Below are positions 57,244 through 64,000 of a stretch of DNA of 64,000 nucleotides, in pieces (positions within the stretch are counted from its first letter, which is position 1; every line of letters starts with the position of its first letter). The stretch spans positions 47,278-111,277 of the forward strand of contig JBDKTO010000117.1 of NCBI GenBank assembly GCA_039680175.1, given 5' to 3'. Under the pieces are notes generated by a model. It was not told the DNA's origin. It did no database searches and saw nothing but the letters and a program-made list of their open reading frames with translations. Position numbers and translations under genes: made by a program. The stretch is from Veillonellales bacterium. GTDB taxonomy: Bacteria; Bacillota; Negativicutes; JAAYSF01.

Positions 57244-57801
57244 GTGATGGCTATGCTTAGGCTTACCATATCCTCGCAGCCCATTAAACTGGAATACACC
57301 TCGCAAAATGCCCAGCTAGACCAGCAGACAATTCTGCCAAAACTGCAGCTGGAGACAACGCCGGCAACGGTGGAGATTCATCAGTCTCAGGGCGAACTGA
57401 CGATTGATCAGACGCCCTGCCGCTATTCCATCGGTCTGAAAAATATCAGCGATTTTTCCCGGGATATCGCCAACCAAGGCAAGCAGGCCGTTTTGGATAC
57501 TATCGGCTCCATCGCCGAAGACGGCGACCGGATGGGCGCCATTGAGAACAAGGGGGACTCTATTGCCCAAATGGCGGCCGACTCCACGATCGAAGAGCCG
57601 CCGGGCATTACTCTCGTTCCCATCGACGCTCCGATCATCCGCTACGAGGCCAACCCCGTCCAATTCAATCCCACCCCAGGAAAAATCAACTACTTCGTTG
57701 AGCCCGGAACCGTCAATGGCGATTATCATCCGGGCTCTGTTGATTTTCGCATCACCCAGTATCCCAGCGTTCAGATCGGGGTAGTGGATGTGAACGCGTA
57801 G
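57244..57801 (+). CDS. DUF6470-type (YviE-like) protein of the flagellar late operon
   Basis: 185 aa. Its position between flgL and fliW matches B. subtilis yviE. Confidence 0.5.
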   Translation: MMAMLRLTISSQPIKLEYTSQNAQLDQQTILPKLQLETTPATVEIHQSQGELTIDQTPCRYSIGLKNISDFSRDIANQGKQAVLDTIGSIAEDGDRMGAIENKGDSIAQMAADSTIEEPPGITLVPIDAPIIRYEANPVQFNPTPGKINYFVEPGTVNGDYHPGSVDFRITQYPSVQIGVVDVNA

Positions 57802-57985
57802 CGGGCGGGACGGAGAGCGGAACTTAGCACTTGGGACTTGGAATGAGGGGAGAGGGACGGGGACGGAGTGCGGAATTTGGGACTGGGAACGTTAAGAGAT
57901 TTGGAATTGGAAGCTGGATTTTAAGAAGCTTGGCTTTCCCGGAAAGAACTTTCCCATCATTAAAGAGAAGAGGGAATATGTGTTT

Positions 57986-58357
57986 ATGGCTGAGTTACAT
58001 GGATTCAGGGACCTTCGTGTGTGGCAGGATGCTATGAAATTAGCAGTCGATGTGGTCAAACTTGCAGACAAACTACCAAGGCAGGAACTGCATGGGCTAA
58101 GCTTGCAAATCCGTCGAAGCGCGGTTTCGGTTCCATCCAACATTGCCGAGGGGTGGGGCAGAAAGAGGGATAAAGAATTTTGTTATTTTATTGATATTGC
58201 TTATGGAAGTCTGTGTGAAGTAGAGACACAATTAGAATTAGCTTTGCGTTGTTATGGGATGGAAATTAATGATATAATAATCCAGTGTAATGGTATACAA
58301 AAACAGCTTCGGGCTTTGCGAAAAAAGATTGAGGAACGAGTACAGGGAAAGGGGTAA
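57986..58357 (+). CDS. Four-helix-bundle protein (rRNA-intervening-sequence-type, TIGR02436-like)
   Basis: MAELHGFRDLRVWQDAMKLAVDV...SNIAEGWGRKRDKEFCYFIDIAYGSLCEVETQLELAL is typical of this widely inserted family. Flanked on both sides by inverted heptamer-repeat arrays. Confidence 0.7.
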   Translation: MAELHGFRDLRVWQDAMKLAVDVVKLADKLPRQELHGLSLQIRRSAVSVPSNIAEGWGRKRDKEFCYFIDIAYGSLCEVETQLELALRCYGMEINDIIIQCNGIQKQLRALRKKIEERVQGKG

Positions 58358-58713
58358 TGAGAAGTTGGCACTTGGGACCTGAAAATTGGAAATTGGTAAG
58401 GAGAGACGGTGCGAAGAGTTGGAACTTGGCACCTGGCAAGAAGAAACGGGTATTAAGGACTGGGGACTGCACTTAGCATTTGGCACCTGGGACTTGGTAA
58501 GAATTCTAAGTGCGAAATACTAAGCACCGGCCGGGCCACTCAGTGTGTTCTTTCGTTTTTCGTGTTTCCCCAAGTTCCAAGTCCTAAGTACCAAATTCCG
58601 CTTTTTCCCCGTTCCACTCTTTCCTTCGTTCCCCTTCCAAGTCCCCATTACCAAGTTCCAAGTCCCGTTTTCCCCCAAGTCCCCATTACCAATCCCGAAT
58701 AGGAGGCCTACCC

Positions 58714-59172
58714 ATGCTTATTCACTCTACCCGCTTCGGCGACATTGACGTTCCCGCAGAACAAATACTTCAGTTTCCTCATGGAATACCCGGTTTTCCG
58801 GCGGAAAAGGTTTTTGCTTATCTGGTACGGGACAAGAAAAGTCCTTTTTCTTTTTTACAGTCAGCTTCCGATCCGAATCTGACTTTTTTATTGGCGGAAC
58901 CGTTTACTTTTTTCAATGATTATGAATTTGCGCTTGATGACGGAATTGCTCAGGAAATGGGGTTGTCGGAGGAAAATCCGCCTCAGATTTTTACCATGGC
59001 GACGCTGAAAGGCAAGCTGGAAGACATGACGGTGAATCTCTTGGCGCCACTAGTCATCAACACCAAGGAGCGCACCGGCAGGCAAATCATTCTGGATCGG
59101 TCCCAGTATTCAACCCGCCAGAAATTATTTCCCAACGGCTTGCCCCAGCAAGCTGCCAAAGGGGGTAAATAA
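58714..59172 (+). CDS. fliW: Flagellar assembly factor FliW
   Basis: MLIHSTRFGDIDVPAEQILQFPHGIPGFP is the canonical FliW N-terminus. 152 aa. Confidence 0.9.
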   Translation: MLIHSTRFGDIDVPAEQILQFPHGIPGFPAEKVFAYLVRDKKSPFSFLQSASDPNLTFLLAEPFTFFNDYEFALDDGIAQEMGLSEENPPQIFTMATLKGKLEDMTVNLLAPLVINTKERTGRQIILDRSQYSTRQKLFPNGLPQQAAKGGK

Positions 59173-59173
59173 G

Positions 59174-59410
59174 ATGCTGGCACTTACTCGCAAGACCGGT
59201 GAACGGATTGTCGTCGGCGATAACGTGGTTATTACCATTTTCGATATCAAAGGCGATAGCGTCCGCTTGTCCATTGAAGCTCCCAAAGAAGTGAAAGTCT
59301 ACCGCGGCGAACTCTTCGACGCCATCGCCGCCGAGAATAAGCAGGCCGCCGTCCTGAATGACCTGGAAGGACTGGCGGGGATTAAGAGACGGGATGAGAG
59401 CGGGACTTAG
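59174..59410 (+). CDS. csrA: Carbon storage regulator CsrA
   Basis: MLALTRKTGERIVVGDNVVITIFDIKGDSVRLSIEAPKEVKVYRGEL. 78 aa. Confidence 0.9.
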   Translation: MLALTRKTGERIVVGDNVVITIFDIKGDSVRLSIEAPKEVKVYRGELFDAIAAENKQAAVLNDLEGLAGIKRRDESGT

Positions 59411-59437
59411 TATTGGGGACTGGGAAATTGGAAATTA

Positions 59438-59492
59438 GGACTTGGGACTTGGAATTCAGTTTCCATTACCAAGTTCCAAGTCCCGCTTTTTT
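59438..59492 (+). terminator. Probable intrinsic terminator after csrA, formed by inverted heptamer repeats (ggacttgggacttgg ... ccaagttccaagtcc + TTTTTT)
   Basis: 15-nt arms with one mismatch, a 16-nt loop and a T-run. Confidence 0.5.
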
Positions 59493-59771
59493 CAGTCTCC
59501 TGCTTGTCATCGCGAGGCGTAAGCCGCGGCGATCTCAAAGCCGGAGAGGCGTCAGGAAGAGCGAGATTGCTTCGCTGCCGCTCGCAATGACAGAATATTC
59601 ATTCAAGTCCCCACTGCCAAGTCCCAAGAGCTCTTTACCGCCTTATTCCAAGTGCCAATTACCAAGTCCCATCTTCCCGTTCCCCCCCCAAGTTCCAAGT
59701 CCCCATTACCAAGTTCCGTTTCCCTCGTCCCCCCATTTCCAAGTGCCAAAAAAAAAATCCCCGTTCCCTCT

Positions 59772-59798
59772 TAAGTTTTCTGTCGAACCATCCGATAT
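59772..59798 (+). promoter_or_regulatory. Putative sigma-28 (SigD/FliA) promoter of the flagellin gene
   Basis: TAAG-N15-tCCGATAT matches the consensus TAAA-N15-GCCGATAT. ~115 nt upstream of the flagellin ATG, which has RBS aaggaggag. Confidence 0.55.
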
Positions 59799-59912
59799 AT
59801 AGGTTGTACATGTCAAATAGCTCACTTTCCCGAACCGGCCGGAGGGAAAGCTGAGCGTAAGGCAAAATAAGCCGGGCAAGGACGCCCGGTAATACTCAAG
59901 GAGGAGAACTTT

Positions 59913-62345
59913 ATGATTATTAACACCAATATGGCGGCTCTGAATACCACTCGTCAGTTGGGTATTAATGAAAAGAATACCCAGAGTTCTTTGGCAAAAT
60001 TGTCTTCCGGTCTTCGCATCAACAGCGCGGCTGACGATGCAGCCGGTCTGGCGATTTCCGAAAAAATGCGGGGCCAGATTCGCGGTTTGAACCAAGCTTC
60101 GGCTAACGCTCAGAATGGTATCTCGATGGTATCCACCGCCGAAGCCAACCTGAACGAAACGACCAGCATTCTTCAGAGAATGAAAGAACTGGCTACCAAC
60201 GCAGCCAGTGACACCAATACTCCGGACGACCGGGATGCTATGCAGAAGGAAATGAACCAGTTGACTTCTGAAATCAACCGGATCGGCAATACCGCTGAGT
60301 TCAATACCCAGAAATTATTGAATGGCGGCGGCGTGGAAACCCAGCTTACGGTTAATACCGTTAAAGCCGGCGCAGCAGCAGGTAATTTTGATGGCGCGGG
60401 CGCATTTACCAGGGTGGCAGTCGGTTCAGGAACGGCCGCAGTTACTAGTGCAGTCACTGTTGACGGAACGAATACCGTTACGGTTACTTCGGGTGCTGCG
60501 AACGGAGCTACAGCAAATGCTTACTCTATCAAATTTGATTCCGCTAGTAGCGGCAGTACAACTGCAAGTGTTCAGGGAAGCGTTATTACTGTACATTTAG
60601 ATAAAACGAACGCTGCTATCGCGGCTGCTGACATCCAAACGGCACTGACTGGACTTACTGTACCCGGTTTAGACGCGAGTAAATTTACAGTAGCTGTTAG
60701 TGCGGCTGTCGACGGCACAAAAGCAATTACTAGTGCTGTTACTGGGTTAGGATCCGGTACTGCAGGTATATCTGCTGCCACAGCTCTTGTTGCTGCCGAT
60801 AATGCCTACACGATGCCCATAACTACAATAACTGCAGGTGTTCAAGGCAATGCGTCGGTATGGGATTCCGGTGCTGTTACTGCGTTAGGCAACGGGGCAA
60901 GCGGAACAGTTACTTTTAATGGTGTAACGGTATCGATTAACAGTTCTGCTTCAGGTGCGGTCGGTCCGTCTGCGACTGATGGAAGAACCGCAAGCGTAAC
61001 TGTCGCTGATGGTTCTACTGCCGATCAGACTGCTGCTGCGATTGTAAGTGCATTCAATGCGGCCAAAGCATACGGTGGTAGTGAACTAAAGGACTTTACT
61101 TTTACTACTAACGGAAGCCAATTCAAGATTACGGATACGTTTGCCAACGGCGCAACGAACAATGCTTTAAACATTACAACTTCTGGTGTAACACTTACCG
61201 GTGGTGCCAAAGTAGCTGGTGTAACGGAAGTTAGAGGTAAATACACTGTCGCAATCGATAAAGCCTTTGAAGCAGCGGGCATGAGCATCAATATTGATGG
61301 ACAAACGTTTACTACGGTGGCTTCCGGAGCTAAGGCTTCTGCTCAGCAGATTAACGTTGGAACGGATGTACATCAACAAGCTTTAGAATTGGCTCAGGCA
61401 ATGAATGCCAATGCCACTATAAGCTCTCGCTTTGATGCGACTGTAGATGATGCAGGAAAGATTACTTTGACTGAGAAAACGGGGCAAGCTTTCAATACTG
61501 CGTTGGCAAGCGGCTATGTAGTAGGGAACAAAGCTATGGCAGGTATTGCTGACTTCACTGTTGATACTCCCGTTGCAGTTGGTGGAAAATATGAGATTGA
61601 CGGCGTAAAGATTGCAGTAACGGATGATGCTAGTGATTCCAGAATTGCTCAGGGTACTGCCGTTCTGTATAATGCCGACAAAGCGACGCAAACCCAGAAC
61701 TTGATGCAGGCGATTACTGCCAATGCTAGCTTAAATACCAAATATACTGCTACCGCCTCTTCCAATACCATTACGTTGACCCAGAAAACCGGTCAGGAAT
61801 CAATGGTGAAAGCAGCCGCACTGACAGGCACGAATGCCAACGATGGCTTCACGGCTACCTTCCAAATCGGTGCCAATACCGGACAGACTATGATTGTTGA
61901 TATGTCCGATATGCGTTCACTGGCACTGGGAATCTCCGGCACGACTGCTGGTGCAACTCTCACTGCTAAGAATGGCGCTCAGGCTAATCTGACCCAGATA
62001 AAGACGGCTTCCAATGGTTCCGATAACAATAATGTGGAGTATTCCCTTGATCTGTCTACCGCTTCCAAAGCAACGGCAGCCATCAGTATTATTGACGATG
62101 CTACTGCTAAGGTTTCGGCAGAACGGGCTAAATTGGGTGCCTACCAGAACCGTCTGGAACACACCATTAACAACTTGCAGTCTTCTTCGCAGAACATCAC
62201 CAGTGCTGAAGCCAGCATCCGCGATGTAGATATGGCTTCGGAAATGACCAATTTCCAGAAAAACAACATTCTCCAACAGGCTGCACAAGCCATGCTGGCC
62301 CAAGCCAACCAACAGGGCCAGGGCGTACTGCAATTACTGAGATAA
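59913..62345 (+). CDS. fliC: Flagellin (unusually long, 810 aa, with a large hypervariable central domain)
   Basis: Canonical D0/D1 N-terminus (MIINTNMAALNTTRQLGIN...LSSGLRINSAADDAAGLAISEKMRGQIRGL) and C-terminus (LGAYQNRLEHTINNLQ...ILQQAAQAMLAQANQQGQGVLQLLR). The ~550-aa A/T/G/S/V-rich middle region has internal duplications. Confidence 0.9.
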   Translation: MIINTNMAALNTTRQLGINEKNTQSSLAKLSSGLRINSAADDAAGLAISEKMRGQIRGLNQASANAQNGISMVSTAEANLNETTSILQRMKELATNAASDTNTPDDRDAMQKEMNQLTSEINRIGNTAEFNTQKLLNGGGVETQLTVNTVKAGAAAGNFDGAGAFTRVAVGSGTAAVTSAVTVDGTNTVTVTSGAANGATANAYSIKFDSASSGSTTASVQGSVITVHLDKTNAAIAAADIQTALTGLTVPGLDASKFTVAVSAAVDGTKAITSAVTGLGSGTAGISAATALVAADNAYTMPITTITAGVQGNASVWDSGAVTALGNGASGTVTFNGVTVSINSSASGAVGPSATDGRTASVTVADGSTADQTAAAIVSAFNAAKAYGGSELKDFTFTTNGSQFKITDTFANGATNNALNITTSGVTLTGGAKVAGVTEVRGKYTVAIDKAFEAAGMSINIDGQTFTTVASGAKASAQQINVGTDVHQQALELAQAMNANATISSRFDATVDDAGKITLTEKTGQAFNTALASGYVVGNKAMAGIADFTVDTPVAVGGKYEIDGVKIAVTDDASDSRIAQGTAVLYNADKATQTQNLMQAITANASLNTKYTATASSNTITLTQKTGQESMVKAAALTGTNANDGFTATFQIGANTGQTMIVDMSDMRSLALGISGTTAGATLTAKNGAQANLTQIKTASNGSDNNNVEYSLDLSTASKATAAISIIDDATAKVSAERAKLGAYQNRLEHTINNLQSSSQNITSAEASIRDVDMASEMTNFQKNNILQQAAQAMLAQANQQGQGVLQLLR

Positions 62346-62392
62346 TTGGATTTATGTTGAGCTAGCCAGTTAATAAAGGTTTCTTTGAACGG

Positions 62393-62427
62393 GAGCCAGG
62401 GACGCTTGTCTCTGGCTCTTGTTTTAG
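62393..62427 (+). terminator. Intrinsic terminator after the flagellin gene
   Basis: gagccagggacgcttgtctctggctc hairpin followed by ttgttttag. Confidence 0.55.
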
Positions 62428-62654
62428 TTACAGGTACTGAGCGGGTACTTGGTACTTGGCACCTGGAACTTGGGGGAGGGCGGGTACTGGAGTGGTAATG
62501 GGCACTTGGCACTTGGAGCTTGGCAGGGGAACGGGCGTATGTGCCGTTGGTGCGTGATGATGCGCTCCGTTCTTCCCCAAGTCCCTATTTCTAAGTTCCA
62601 AGTTCCCATTACCAAGTGCCAACTACCAAAACTACAACTAGGAGAGTGTTTCCT

Positions 62655-63899
62655 ATGGCAAAAATGCGAACAATCCTGCAGCCTCAGTACGTAGCGAAGT
62701 TCCGGTGCATCGGTCCGGCCTGCGAAGACAGCTGTTGTATTGGCTGGCAAGTACCGATTGATAAAACGACTTACCAAAAGTATCGTAAATGTGCTGATGA
62801 AAAATTGCGCTCGCAGATGGATGACAAAGTGACCCGCAATCGCGGCGCCAATATGGCGGATGATAATTATGCCAAAGTAAAACTCAATGATGATAATTCC
62901 TGCCCGTTTATCGATAGCGACCGGCTCTGCGCGATTCAGCGACAGTTGGGCGAGGAATGGCTGTCCCTTACTTGTGCCACCTATCCCCGTATTACGAATA
63001 AAGTGAATGGAACATTAGAAAGGTCAATGACTTTATCTTGTCCGGAAGCTGCTCGGCTGGCATTACTGACCACCGGATTGATGGAGTTTGATCAGTTGGA
63101 AGAATCCGACAGTATTCGGTATAACCCGGAAAAAAACATCGATACCGATGATATTAAACTTGCGGCGAAGCCGCAAAGATATCTCTGGGAGCTGCGTATC
63201 TTTATAATCACACTCCTGCAGAATCGCGTTTATCCTCTTTGGCAGCGCCTTGTCGTCCTCGGGCTGTTTTGCAATCAGCTTACCGAACTTGTCGGTAATG
63301 GCAAAGTACATGATATTCCGATGCTCATCGGTACGTATCTGAACCGTTTGGAACAAGGCGATATCCTCAGCAATATGGAGGCGATCCCCGAAAAGCAGAC
63401 GATTCAGATGGAACTATTGAAAGAATTAGCCGATGAACGGTTTGCTACCGGTATAATTAGCCCCCGCTTTTTGGCGTATTTTGCTGAATTTCTGCAGGGA
63501 ATTCAGTATATGGAGGCTGCTGGCAAAGCGGAGATCGGCGTTCGTTATGCCGAGGCTTATGAACGGTATTATCAGCCGTTTATGGAACAACATGAATATA
63601 TACTGGAAAACTATCTGGTTAATTATGTATTTAAAAATCTATTCCCCTTTGAGGGAGAGAAGCATATTTTTGATAATTTTATGCTGCTTGTTGTGCATTA
63701 TGCGATGATAAAGATGATGCTTATAGGTATGTCCGGGTTCCATAAGGATAAATTCGGCATGGATCAAGTGCTGAATCTGATTCAGTCTTTCGTCAAAGTT
63801 GTCGAGCATAGTCCCTCTTATTTGAAGAAAGTGTGTGATTTGCTTAAAGCCAATCAGATGAATACTCTGCCGTATATGACGATACTGATCAAGAATTAA
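62655..63899 (+). CDS. fliB: FliB-family flagellin lysine-N-methylase (putative)
   Basis: Cysteine-rich N-terminus (FRCIGPACEDSCCIGWQVPIDKTTYQKY...SCPFIDSDRLCAIQ) typical of flagellin lysine-N-methylases. Immediately downstream of the flagellin. ~414 aa from the internal start. Confidence 0.55.
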   Translation: MAKMRTILQPQYVAKFRCIGPACEDSCCIGWQVPIDKTTYQKYRKCADEKLRSQMDDKVTRNRGANMADDNYAKVKLNDDNSCPFIDSDRLCAIQRQLGEEWLSLTCATYPRITNKVNGTLERSMTLSCPEAARLALLTTGLMEFDQLEESDSIRYNPEKNIDTDDIKLAAKPQRYLWELRIFIITLLQNRVYPLWQRLVVLGLFCNQLTELVGNGKVHDIPMLIGTYLNRLEQGDILSNMEAIPEKQTIQMELLKELADERFATGIISPRFLAYFAEFLQGIQYMEAAGKAEIGVRYAEAYERYYQPFMEQHEYILENYLVNYVFKNLFPFEGEKHIFDNFMLLVVHYAMIKMMLIGMSGFHKDKFGMDQVLNLIQSFVKVVEHSPSYLKKVCDLLKANQMNTLPYMTILIKN

Positions 63900-63908
63900 C
63901 GGGTGAGA

Positions 63909-64000
63909 AAATGAATGTGTATAATGACCCTGCCCACGAGATTGTCTATCATATTCTGGGTTTATTGCCAACCATCGAGGCGGCTTTGACGCATATGGTG
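63909..64000 (+). CDS. 5' end of an unidentified gene (partial; runs off the window)
   Basis: ATG with an upstream gggtgag RBS. The open frame continues to the window end. Confidence 0.3.

Overview
This window looks like a mosaic polysaccharide and flagellar region from a diderm-type Firmicute: a secretin gene is present alongside Bacillus-like flagellar, competence and sporulation-associated genes. From 5' to 3' it contains the following. (1) A visibly AT-rich, probably horizontally acquired O-antigen/capsule cassette at ~0.6-9.2 kb: a Wzy/ligase-like membrane protein, GT2 and GT4 glycosyltransferases, and a complete UDP-L-FucNAc pathway (fnlA/capE, fnlB/capF, fnlC/capG-like genes). (2) A repeat-ridden junkyard at ~9.2-17 kb: a DUF4143 AAA+ ATPase plus a decayed duplicate of it, an Rpn-family PD-(D/E)XK nuclease/transposase with orphan copies of its C-terminal module, a duplicated small-protein + nucleotidyltransferase module (one copy frameshifted, one truncated), and an MNT/HepT toxin-antitoxin pair. 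(3) dTDP-rhamnose genes (rmlACDB), a DUF218 protein, manC, a Wzi-like outer-membrane protein, galU, galE, and a manB carrying one in-frame amber stop. (4) Directly downstream of manB and translationally coupled, a four-gene SMC-like system (~8.3 kb, 28545..36853) whose architecture matches Wadjet/MksFEBG (JetA-JetB-JetC-JetD). It is followed immediately by pgi, and the whole galE..pgi block is bracketed by copies of a dispersed repeat. (5) A PilP-like protein and a PilQ-family secretin, then a DegU-like response regulator, an ABC-F ATPase, a SigO-like sigma factor with DUF1659/DUF2922/YvrJ small proteins, a TSCPD protein, RecD2 and ComFC. (6) A Bacillus-like flagellar late-gene block (yvyF-flgM-flgN-flgK-flgL-yviE-fliW-csrA-flagellin-fliB). 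It is interrupted by two tandem-repeat proteins, an HD-GYP protein and a four-helix-bundle gene. The flagellin is giant (810 aa). Its upstream region has a sigma28-type promoter and homopolymeric tracts. The intergenic regions throughout are saturated with at least four repeat families, including cyanobacterial-STRR-like heptanucleotide tandem repeats. The Wadjet-like system is the most notable element. Nothing here was verified by database search; every call rests on motif recognition in the supplied translations.
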